Part shown: one piece after another, positions 1-6,882 of the stretch
Position numbering within the stretch: the first letter of the stretch is position 1
Layout of the letters: each line of letters begins with the position of its first letter
Origin: Dehalococcoidia bacterium
GTDB taxonomy: Bacteria; Chloroflexota; Dehalococcoidia; SZUA-161
Direction: 5' to 3'
DNA length: 24,000 nt
Assembly (NCBI GenBank): GCA_014874385.1
Contig: JACWAE010000035.1
Coordinates: 1-24,000, forward strand
Program-made: the position numbers and the translations under genes
The notes under the pieces: model-generated
Databases searched by the model: none
The model's input: only the letters and a program-made list of their open reading frames with translations
Told to the model about the DNA's origin: nothing

Positions 1-136
1 CTACAAGGATCTCGACTTCATATCCCATCTTCGAGAGTTCCTTGGCAGGGATTGCCCGGATTGTTCCTCCTATTGCTTGTTCTTCATTCAAGGCGGGCAA
101 GATAATGCTGAGTACAGTTCTTGTTGCTGGCTCCAT
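1..136 (-). CDS. Glycosyltransferase family 2, N-terminal fragment (gene runs off the left edge)
   Basis: Reverse translation from the ATG at 136-134 gives MEPATRTVLSIILPALNEEQAIGGTIRAIPAKELSKMGYEVEILV. This is a typical GT2 N-terminus (hSIIhPAhNEE). An in-frame alternative ATG lies at 181-179. The fragment is partial and therefore absent from the ORF track. Confidence 0.55.
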   Translation of the reverse strand, partial: MEPATRTVLSIILPALNEEQAIGGTIRAIPAKELSKMGYEVEILV

Positions 137-417
137 ATCCTCAAATATGGGTTGTTTCCGATTGATATCACAAGTTACCATATACTACACCCCTACCAAC
201 CAAAGTCAAAAAGCAAGATAATCATAAGTTTCGTATAATAAAAAAGTCACAAAATCCAACGGAAAAAGTAAAAGAGTTGTTTCACTTGATCAAGACTGTT
301 GCGCTATATGTCGCTATGTATAGTACTATTAGCTTATAAAATAACGTATAAAGTACTATATTGTCAATATTCGTAAATTTCACTTCTTTTAACTAATCCT
401 CCTGATTTCCCCCCAAA

Positions 418-783
418 ATGGGGCAAGTCAAATGTGGGTCATGCTTTGTTATTTATTTTCCTGGTAGTGGGCGCCTTTTTCTATGGGAGAAAGCTTATGG
501 CATGGCTGCCCTCGTTGGTGGTATATCTCACTTACTACTAGACTTGGAAGGCTTCGTCCTCTTGTTCTACCCGTTTGTGAGCTACCGGTTCGAGCATGGA
601 AGAGTTGACTTCGCTACGTACTTACGTCAATATTTGACTTTGTCCAACCTTGGAATAGAATTGATAATAGTTGCACTGGCCGGACTGATATTATTGTTGG
701 TCAGACGACTCTACCGATGGAACAAAGAGGGAGGAAGGCTATCAGTCCCTCCCACAATTTCTCGCTTTCTTAGAAGAAAATGA
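418..783 (+). CDS. Small hydrophobic protein with a YdjM/DUF457-like SHLLLD..YPF motif; 5' end uncertain
   Basis: 121-aa ORF. The segment GGISHLLLDLEGFVLLFYPF resembles the C-terminal motif of membrane-bound metal-dependent hydrolases. Its stop overlaps the next start (ATGA at 780-783). The first ~25 codons look non-membrane. A GTG-initiated alternative frame (434-541) encodes the TM-like sequence MGHALLFIFLVVGAFFYGRK. Confidence 0.45.
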   Translation: MGQVKCGSCFVIYFPGSGRLFLWEKAYGMAALVGGISHLLLDLEGFVLLFYPFVSYRFEHGRVDFATYLRQYLTLSNLGIELIIVALAGLILLLVRRLYRWNKEGGRLSVPPTISRFLRRK

Positions 784-1496
784 ATAGTGTGTCGGGTAGA
801 ATCCTTTCTGCAATTCTCATAATTGCAATCCTTGGTGCAATCGCTGCCTTGGGATATATGCTAGTGAGCCCAAAAGGGGGCGAGGGATTTACCGAGTTCT
901 ATATGCTTGGGCCTGATGGAAACGCCCAAGGCTACCCCTCGGATTTGAAGCTGGGAGAAGAAGGAGCGGTGATCCTGGATATCACTAATCATGAGTACGA
1001 GACAATGAGATACGGAGTTGAAATAACGGTTGGAAACACGCTGCTCAAGGAGCTGGGCCCAATAGAGCTGGCTGATGGGGCAGAGTGGAGGGAGGAAGTC
1101 GGGTTCAAGGCGTCTGATTTAGGCTATCAGGAAGTTGAGTTTAAATTGTTCAAAATACGTGAGTTGGGAGAAGTGGATAAAAGGAATACCGAGCTTTCAC
1201 TTTGGCTGGGGAGTCAGGAATTGAGCATGGTGGTTATTAACGAGGGATATAGCAATGCAACGTACAATATAGAGGTGGGAGTACAAGATGGCAAGGGGCA
1301 AGAGACCAGAATAGCGGCTGCTGGCCCGGTGATTTTGGCCCCTGGTGAGAATTGGAAGCAAGACCTTGGTTATAGTCCTACTGACGTGGGAAAACAACAA
1401 TTGGAATTCTCGTTGTACAGGGATGGAGCCCTATTGTATAAAGAAGAGATACTGGGTGGTTATCCAGAGCTTTACCTCTGGATCAACGTACAGTAG
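780..1496 (+). CDS. DUF1616-like protein (archaeal-type; N-terminal TM anchor plus two tandem beta-rich repeats)
   Basis: The N-terminal TM helix (ILSAILIIAILGAIAALGYMLV) is followed by GFTEFYMLGPDGNAQGYPSDLKLGEEGAVILDITNHEYETMRYGVEI, the signature I recall for DUF1616. A second internal copy (MVVINEGYSNATYNIEVGV...QLEFSLYRDG) indicates two repeated domains. The gene is translationally coupled to the upstream ORF. Confidence 0.6.
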   Translation: MNSVSGRILSAILIIAILGAIAALGYMLVSPKGGEGFTEFYMLGPDGNAQGYPSDLKLGEEGAVILDITNHEYETMRYGVEITVGNTLLKELGPIELADGAEWREEVGFKASDLGYQEVEFKLFKIRELGEVDKRNTELSLWLGSQELSMVVINEGYSNATYNIEVGVQDGKGQETRIAAAGPVILAPGENWKQDLGYSPTDVGKQQLEFSLYRDGALLYKEEILGGYPELYLWINVQ

Positions 1497-1511
1497 AAAC
1501 GATAGCGTTTG

Positions 1512-1736
1512 TTAAGGTTTGCGTTTATAATACCAGGCTTCAAGATAGCTATTTCTGGCTTTGTCGTAGTGATCTGCCCTGTCCCGGATTACTGTGCCGC
1601 TGGCTCTCTCTACCTGCCCTTTCGCTTCAGGGCTGTGGGCGAACACCTGGGTCACGCCAAGCTCTCGTAGCGCCCGCGCAAACTGGGTAGACGCTCCAAC
1701 TCCCAGGGAGGCTGGGGTCTCGTGAGGGCTACGACG
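1512..1736 (-). pseudogene. C-terminal remnant of a DDE (rve integrase-core) transposase
   Basis: The reverse-strand open frame has no start codon and reads RRSPHETPASLGVGASTQFARALRELGVTQVFAHSPEAKGQVERASGTVIRDRADHYDKARNSYLEAWYYKRKP*. The AHSPxAKGxVER motif is the third catalytic (E) region of ISNCY/IS481-like rve transposases. The N-terminal two thirds are absent. Confidence 0.45.
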
Positions 1737-1920
1737 CTAGTGCTGAAAGACAGAGTAGAGTTTTGTTACCCTTGGGCTGATGAGAGTGAGAGACATCCCA
1801 CTCCATTGACAAAGAAATCAGCAAAAGCTATCGCCTGGGTCTTCTATGAGATATGAGTAACTGCTGTAGAGCTGGAAGGAGTTGCTTCTTCTCAAATATA
1901 AGTTCGGAATGTTTCCAAAC

Positions 1921-1995
1921 TGGCTCCGCAGGTAGGACTCGAACCTACGACCAAGCGGTTAACAGCCGCCCGCTCTACCGCTGAGCTACTGCGGA
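1921..1995 (-). tRNA. tRNA-Asn (GTT)
   Basis: The hand-folded cloverleaf is TCCGCAG TA GCTC AGCGGTA GAGC G GGCGG CTGTTAA CCGCT TGGTC GTAGG TTCGAGT CCTAC CTGCGGA G CCA. The anticodon is GUU and CCA is encoded. Confidence 0.9.
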
Positions 1996-2021
1996 GCGTC
2001 AGGGCGCTTTTTCAATTCGTA

Positions 2022-2051
2022 AGTATAGCATGAGATGGCTGTTTTAATCAA
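2022..2051 (-). promoter_or_regulatory. Putative sigma70 promoter for tRNA-Asn
   Basis: On the reverse strand the sequence reads TTGATT, an 18-nt spacer, then TATACT. The -10 lies at 2027-2022 and the -35 at 2051-2046, about 27 nt upstream of the tRNA 5' end. Confidence 0.45.
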
Positions 2052-2117
2052 TATCGTCATTGGGGCGAGTCTTATCTCTGAGGGAAGAAAAGAGCGGAAT
2101 TAACAGTGCCGCTAAGG

Positions 2118-2191
2118 TGGCTGCCGAGCCGGGACTCGAACCCGGGCCATAGGATCCAAAGTCCTGTGTGCTACCACTACACCACTCGGCA
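2118..2191 (-). tRNA. tRNA-Gln (TTG)
   Basis: The cloverleaf is TGCCGAG TG GTGT AGTGGTA GCAC A CAGGA CTTTGGA TCCTA TGGC CCGGG TTCGAGT CCCGG CTCGGCA G CCA. The anticodon is UUG, the bacterial-type U1-A72 pair is present, and CCA is encoded. Confidence 0.88.
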
Positions 2192-2192
2192 T

Positions 2193-2281
2193 TGGTGCCG
2201 AAGGCCGGGCTCGAACCGGCATGGGGGTTGCCCCCCAACAGTTTTTGAGACTGCCGCGTCTGCCTATTCCGCCACTTCGGC
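2193..2281 (-). tRNA. tRNA-Leu (CAA), class II with long variable arm
   Basis: The fold is GCCGAAG TG GCGGAATAGGCAGACGC G GCAGT CTCAAAA ACTGT TGGGGGGCAACCCCCAT GCCGG TTCGAGC CCGGC CTTCGGC A CCA. The anticodon is CAA and the length is 89 nt. Confidence 0.88.
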
Positions 2282-2283
2282 GG

Positions 2284-2359
2284 TGGTGCCGAGGAGCAGA
2301 ATCGAACTGCTGACACCGCGATTTTCAGTCGCGTGCTCTACCAACTGAGCTACCTCGGC
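2284..2359 (-). tRNA. tRNA-Phe (GAA)
   Basis: The fold is GCCGAGG TA GCTC AGTTGGTA GAGC A CGCGA CTGAAAA TCGCG GTGTC AGCAG TTCGATT CTGCT CCTCGGC A CCA. The anticodon is GAA. Confidence 0.9.
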
Positions 2360-2369
2360 ACATGGTGAA

Positions 2370-2398
2370 ATTGTAGCTTAGCCCCCTTCACCTGTCAA
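2370..2398 (-). promoter_or_regulatory. Sigma70 promoter of the tRNA-Phe/Leu/Gln operon
   Basis: On the reverse strand the sequence reads TTGACA, the 17-nt spacer ggtgaagggggctaagc, then TACAAT. The -35 is at 2398-2393 and the -10 at 2375-2370, ending about 10 nt before the tRNA-Phe 5' end. Confidence 0.6.
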
Positions 2399-2529
2399 GC
2401 TAATGAATGTGAAAGGGTTTAATAAATAATTGTTCAACCACTGTTTCCCCTTCTTTTAGAGGGATCGGGGGACTTTATAAACCGGGGACACCCATATCTG
2501 CCTGGGGCGTAATGCATCCCTAGCTCGCC

Positions 2530-3246
2530 TCACTTGAGCAGGGCTTTCACCTCTTTAGCGCTTAGCTCGCGAATCTCTCCCTCTTTTAATTTGCCCAGGC
2601 TGAGGTTGCCCAGGCGAACCCTCTTGAGCGTCAGCACCGGATATCCCAAGCTTTCGAACATGCGGCGCACCTGCCGTTTTCTGCCTTCGTGTATCGTTAT
2701 ACTATAGTTGAATGGCGAAGCTTCTATTTCTTTGACTACTGCTGGGTAGGTGAGACCATCCTCAAGCTCGACGCCCTGTTCCAGATTTCGTTTTTCGTCA
2801 GGCTTTAGCTTCCCGCTGATAGAAACCAGGTACTCTTTCTCATGCTCGAACCTGGGATGAGTGAGCCGGTTGGTGAGCTCACCATCGTTTGTCAGCAGCA
2901 AAAGGCCTGTGCTGTCTTTGTCCAGCCGTCCTACAGGGTATAATCTGAGGTGGCGGTATTTCTCGGGCAGGATGTCAATGACTGTTCTGCGCCCTCTCTC
3001 ATCGCTGGTAGTAGACATAATACCTTTGGGCTTGTTGAGTACCAGGTAAACCAGTTGCCTGGGCTTGAGGTCAATGGGCTGCCCGCTTATCGAGATGTGA
3101 GCTGTTTCCACATCCACCGGCTGGCGGAAGTCCTCTGCTATCTCCCCATTTACTTTGACCCTGCTCTGCTTTATGGCATCAGCGAGCCACCTTCGCGAGC
3201 CGATTCCTGCTTCAGTCAAGGCTTTGAGTAAAGGCTTAGCTGCCAT
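2530..3246 (-). CDS. Pseudouridine synthase, RsuA/RluB family (S4 domain plus PseudoU_synth_2)
   Basis: The N-terminus is S4-like (LLKALTEAGIGSRRWLADAIKQSRVKVNGE). The catalytic motif GRLDKDSTGLLLLTNDGELTNRLTHPRFEHEKEY is present. The ORF track begins at 3276, but the ATG at 3246 (MAAKPLLKAL) gives the usual N-terminal length. Confidence 0.85.
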   Translation of the reverse strand: MAAKPLLKALTEAGIGSRRWLADAIKQSRVKVNGEIAEDFRQPVDVETAHISISGQPIDLKPRQLVYLVLNKPKGIMSTTSDERGRRTVIDILPEKYRHLRLYPVGRLDKDSTGLLLLTNDGELTNRLTHPRFEHEKEYLVSISGKLKPDEKRNLEQGVELEDGLTYPAVVKEIEASPFNYSITIHEGRKRQVRRMFESLGYPVLTLKRVRLGNLSLGKLKEGEIRELSAKEVKALLK

Positions 3247-3299
3247 GGCCTTAGTATAAGCGTTACAACTTGTCAAAGCCAGTACATATGTCGTAGCAT

Positions 3300-3327
3300 G
3301 TAGGTGTGGGTTTCAAACCCGACCTAC
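3300..3327. repeat. GTAG...CTAC hairpin repeat, GGGTTTnAAACCC subtype
   Basis: The sequence is GTAGGTgtGGGTTTcAAACCCgACCTAC. It lies in the divergent intergenic region between the pseudouridine synthase and RNase J-like genes. A sister copy is at 8163-8194. Confidence 0.6.
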
Positions 3328-3371
3328 GAAGTGTACTTCAAGAGAGGCATAAGGGGTAATAGAGAAGACTA

Positions 3372-4994
3372 ATGACCAAACTGACTTTCTACGGCGGCAT
3401 AAACGAGATAGGCGGGAACAAAGTGCTCCTAGAGGACGGAGACCGCGGGCTATTCCTGGATTTCGGCTTCCCCTACAAAAGGCACAAGCAGTTCTACGAG
3501 GAGTACCTGAATCCCCGCAGCGGCGCAGGGCTGCTCGACCCTCTAACTATGGGTCTGCTGCCTCCTCTGGCAGGCCTTTATCGCGATGACCTGGTGGCTC
3601 CGAGCCTCTGGGAGCAGTTCCGCGATAACCCCCTTTACCGTGAGCTTAAAAGGGTAGACGGAGTGCTGCTCACACATGCCCACCTGGACCATTCGGGCTA
3701 TATCTCCTTTCTCAGGGCGGACATACCTATATATTCAACAGGGGTTACCGCCTTTATTGCCAAGGCGATGCAGGACTCGGGCAAGTCGGGCTTTGAGCAG
3801 CAGGTTTGCTACTACAGTCCCACTGTTCGGGACTGTCCTGCCGACTGGAAGCAGACAGCCTTTCTGTCCGAAAATGCGGCAAAGCAGCAGCGGCAATTCT
3901 GCATCTCGGATGTGAGCCCCGGGGCTCTGAGTGCAGATGCGGCGCGATTCTGGGAGAGTGGATTCTGGGGAAAAACCAGCAAACAAAAAGAGCTTATCTC
4001 GTGTCAGCTTGCGGTTCACAGCGGCTGCAGCTTCAATCTGCGCTGCTTCCCGGTTGATCACTCCATACCCGGCGCTTGCGCCTGGGGCATTGAGACCAGC
4101 TCGGGCTGGGTCATCTACACCGGAGACCTGCGACTTCACGGCAAACGCTCTGAGCTTACCGTAAGGTTTGTCGAAGAAGCATCCAAATTACATCCCAGAG
4201 CACTGATACTTGAGGGCACCAATGTACGCCGCCAGTCCAATGTCACCGAGCACGAGGTATACGAGAACGCGCTGAAGGCTATCGCAAAGTCTGAGGGCCT
4301 TGTTATTGCCGATTTCTCGCCCCGGGACGTGGACCGCATGCTCACCTTCCTGCAAATAGCCAGGGATGCCGGAAGGAAGCTGGCGATATTGCCCAAGGAC
4401 GCCTATCTTCTGAAAACCATGCGCCTTCTGGAGAGGGAGACTCCCGACATTGCTCAGGATGATAACCTTGTAATTTACCAGGACACCATCGCCGGTAGAT
4501 ATCCTGCCTTTTGGATTCGAAATATATGTAAGGAATACGATAGCAAGATTGTGCTGGCCAAGGATATAAGCTCGGCGCAGGACAAATTCATCCTTTGTTT
4601 CAGCTTCCTGGACATAAACGAGCTGCCGAGCATCCGCCCCAGGCCGGGCAGCCTCTATCTATTCAGCTCCAGCGAGCCTCACGATGAGGAGCAGGAGATA
4701 GACTTCCGCCGCCTGCGCAACTGGCTGGAGCACTTCGGGCTCAAGAGCTTCGGGCTTCCTGTGGAGATAAAAAAAGAAAATGGGAAGAGCGACTGGGATA
4801 TATCTGATGAAGAAAGAGGGCTGCATGCCTCAGGCCATGCCTGCGGCCCCGACCTGCTCAAAATCGCCCGCGAGATAAAGCCCGAGATGCTCATTCCTAT
4901 CCACAGCGAGAACTCTTATTTCTACGTCGAGAAACTGAATGGCAGCGGGATCGAAGTGAGACTGCCGGAGGCTGGTGGGGTGGTGGGAGTGTGA
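3372..4994 (+). CDS. MBL-fold beta-CASP-type hydrolase, RNase J-like
   Basis: 540 aa. The N-terminus reads LTFYGGINEIGGNKVLLEDGDRGLFLDFG, and the metallo-beta-lactamase motif LLTHAHLDHSGY is present. Later motifs include FPVDHSIPGA, YTGDLRLHG and a C-terminal HASGHA. An SD-like sequence lies upstream. Confidence 0.65.
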   Translation: MTKLTFYGGINEIGGNKVLLEDGDRGLFLDFGFPYKRHKQFYEEYLNPRSGAGLLDPLTMGLLPPLAGLYRDDLVAPSLWEQFRDNPLYRELKRVDGVLLTHAHLDHSGYISFLRADIPIYSTGVTAFIAKAMQDSGKSGFEQQVCYYSPTVRDCPADWKQTAFLSENAAKQQRQFCISDVSPGALSADAARFWESGFWGKTSKQKELISCQLAVHSGCSFNLRCFPVDHSIPGACAWGIETSSGWVIYTGDLRLHGKRSELTVRFVEEASKLHPRALILEGTNVRRQSNVTEHEVYENALKAIAKSEGLVIADFSPRDVDRMLTFLQIARDAGRKLAILPKDAYLLKTMRLLERETPDIAQDDNLVIYQDTIAGRYPAFWIRNICKEYDSKIVLAKDISSAQDKFILCFSFLDINELPSIRPRPGSLYLFSSSEPHDEEQEIDFRRLRNWLEHFGLKSFGLPVEIKKENGKSDWDISDEERGLHASGHACGPDLLKIAREIKPEMLIPIHSENSYFYVEKLNGSGIEVRLPEAGGVVGV

Positions 4995-5130
4995 GATTGT
5001 TTTAACGCAGCACGGCGTATCATTCACAACTTAGAGAGTTTTGTTGCCATACTATTTTCGAGGAAATGGGAAGAATCCAGGCAAAGGAAGGGCGAACCCC
5101 GGCCTTCAATAAACTAAACTTACATGAAAC

Positions 5131-5169
5131 AAAAAAATGGGAGCTGGCGGATAACATCTGTCAGCTCCC
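5131..5169 (-). terminator. Rho-independent terminator of the 5203-5652 gene
   Basis: The stem GGGAGCTG (5139-5146) pairs with CAGCTCCC (5162-5169). On the reverse strand it is followed by A+T7 (plus-strand A-run at 5131-5137). Confidence 0.7.
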
Positions 5170-5202
5170 AATACACCTGTAACGATGTCTAACATGCCTT
5201 AG

Positions 5203-5652
5203 CTAAACGGGGCATGGCACTAATTGTAAGCCCTGACACTGAGCAGCTAAATCAGCGGGTATGGTCTGTTGTGTCACACTGACGGCCGCCTGACGCTGCG
5301 GCTCCACAATAACCTGCTCTCTAGCTCCAACAGGGACTTCCTGTGGCCTGAGCGCCGGCACCTGAGTCCTCGAAGCCAGCCGGTTAGCAACATAAGTCAA
5401 AGCTGCGACTAGGCCAACCACTCCAATCGCTATGCCTAAGCCTTCCAGCGTTCCCAAAACCGGTACACTGACATTCACACTTGAAAATGCACCTGCCAAT
5501 GCTGCTATAGCAAGGGCGGGAAGTGCAAGTACAGCCAGTACAACTATTGCCGGAGCTGCAAGCACCGCTAACGCACCGACGACTGGAACAGCGAGCAGCG
5601 CTATCAAACCCAATATAGGCAAGGCCAGTAACAATGCAAGTAAGAGTATCAT
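5203..5652 (-). CDS. Hydrophobic Ala/Leu/Val/Pro-rich membrane protein, unknown function
   Basis: 149 aa. A strong SD (GGAGGTGAAGAATG) precedes the start. About 95 hydrophobic N-terminal residues include four 11-residue Pro-phased repeats, followed by a polar tail ending CQGLQLVPCPV. A canonical terminator lies downstream. Confidence 0.6.
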   Translation of the reverse strand: MILLLALLLALPILGLIALLAVPVVGALAVLAAPAIVVLAVLALPALAIAALAGAFSSVNVSVPVLGTLEGLGIAIGVVGLVAALTYVANRLASRTQVPALRPQEVPVGAREQVIVEPQRQAAVSVTQQTIPADLAAQCQGLQLVPCPV

Positions 5653-5778
5653 TCTTCACCTCCTTTTCTTTATCATGGCATTATGAACCCGTTATTTCTG
5701 GTTGTATGCGACTTTTGTCTCAAATGAAAATACGTATTCGTCGGTTGGGCCTGGCAGAGGAATGATATTAGCTTTAGC

Positions 5779-5807
5779 TTGTTCTACGCGTCATGGTGTA
5801 ATATAAT
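5779..5807 (+). promoter_or_regulatory. Putative sigma70 promoter upstream of the ABC-2 operon
   Basis: TTGTTC (5779-5784), a 17-nt spacer, then TATAAT (5802-5807). A second candidate, TTGTAA-15-TATAAT, is at 5818-5844. Confidence 0.4.
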
Positions 5808-5949
5808 TGCCCCGATTTTGTAAAGAGGTGTCCGAGGTTATAATAAACGGAGGCAAAGAGGCAAACGCTGAGAAACAGGCGGGAATTGGAACTCGAAAAA
5901 CGGGGAAAGGGGATGGGCAGCAGGTGCATCTTCGTTTTAAAGGTATACT

Positions 5950-6882
5950 ATGACCGAGATAGCGATTCGCACTGAGAACCTGACACGGGATTTCAGTACG
6001 GTGAGGGCTGTGGACGGCCTCTCGATGGAAGTTCCCAGCGGGATCATCTTCGGCTTCCTGGGGCCTAATGCCTCGGGGAAGACCACTACAATCAACCTGC
6101 TGCTGGGACTGCTGGAGCCAACTGTGGGAAAGGCGGAGGTGCTGGGCTTCGATACCCGGACGCAGGCTGACGCAGTCCGTTCCCACTCGGGAGCGCTGCT
6201 GGAACACCCGGGCCTCTACGAGCAGATGAGCGCCGAGGAGAACCTGGAGTTCTATGGACGGGTCTGGCGCTTGCCCTCTGCCGAAAGGCAGGCTCGCATT
6301 AAGGAACTGCTCACCCACTTCGGGCTGTGGGAACGGAGAAGAGAGGCTGTGGACAAGTGGAGCCGGGGCATGAAGCAGAAGCTGGCTATGGCCCGGGCAC
6401 TGCTACATCGGCCATCCCTGGTTTTTCTCGATGAACCCACAGCGGGGCTCGATGTGGTGGCTGCGGCCTCGCTGCGCGATGACCTGGCCGGATTGGCGGC
6501 TCGCGAGGGCGTGACTGTCTTCCTGACCACGCATAACATGTCGGAAGCGGAGAAATTGTGCCGTCTGGTGGCTGTCATTCGAAAAGGCAAGCTGCTGGCT
6601 GTGGGGCATCCGGATGAGTTGAGGGCACATACCGGTAGTCCTCATGTCGAGGTTCTGGGCAGCGGATTCAATGAGAGTGTGCTGAATCTGCTGCGGGCTC
6701 GTCCCGAGGTCTCGGCTGTGGAGGTGCAGGACAAGCGGTTATCAATCCAATTGCGCCAGGAGATGGACGTTGCGCCGCTGGTCGGCCTGATGGTGGGCGC
6801 CGGCGTTCAGGTAGAGGAGGTGCGTAAAGGAAAAGCCAGCCTGGAAGAGGTGTTCCTGACGTTGATGGAGGAAGAGCGATGA
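5950..6882 (+). CDS. ABC transporter ATP-binding protein (ABC-2/DrrA-like)
   Basis: Walker A is GPNASGKTT, the signature-like motif is WSRGMKQKLAMARAL, and Walker B is LVFLDEPTAGLD. The H-loop is TTHNM. A C-terminal accessory domain is present. Confidence 0.9.
   Translation: MTEIAIRTENLTRDFSTVRAVDGLSMEVPSGIIFGFLGPNASGKTTTINLLLGLLEPTVGKAEVLGFDTRTQADAVRSHSGALLEHPGLYEQMSAEENLEFYGRVWRLPSAERQARIKELLTHFGLWERRREAVDKWSRGMKQKLAMARALLHRPSLVFLDEPTAGLDVVAAASLRDDLAGLAAREGVTVFLTTHNMSEAEKLCRLVAVIRKGKLLAVGHPDELRAHTGSPHVEVLGSGFNESVLNLLRARPEVSAVEVQDKRLSIQLRQEMDVAPLVGLMVGAGVQVEEVRKGKASLEEVFLTLMEEER

Noticed and set aside
2044-2348. ORFs 2044-2316 (-) and 2106-2348 (+) from the six-frame track
   Set aside because: They lie entirely across the tRNA-Gln/Leu/Phe genes. 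The open frames are a by-product of the structured, GC-rich tRNA sequence.
3676-4396. Multiple overlapping or antisense ORFs inside long genes. Examples are 3676-4396 within the RNase J-like gene, 6252-6964 within the ABC genes, 11055-12091 within the radical SAM gene, 19599-21511 within pabB/pabA and 23158-23901 within the R3H gene.
   Set aside because: Each is nested in, or antisense to, a longer ORF with clear family motifs. They are Arg/Pro/Gly/Ser-rich, as expected from off-frame translation of GC-rich coding DNA, and they have no SD sites.
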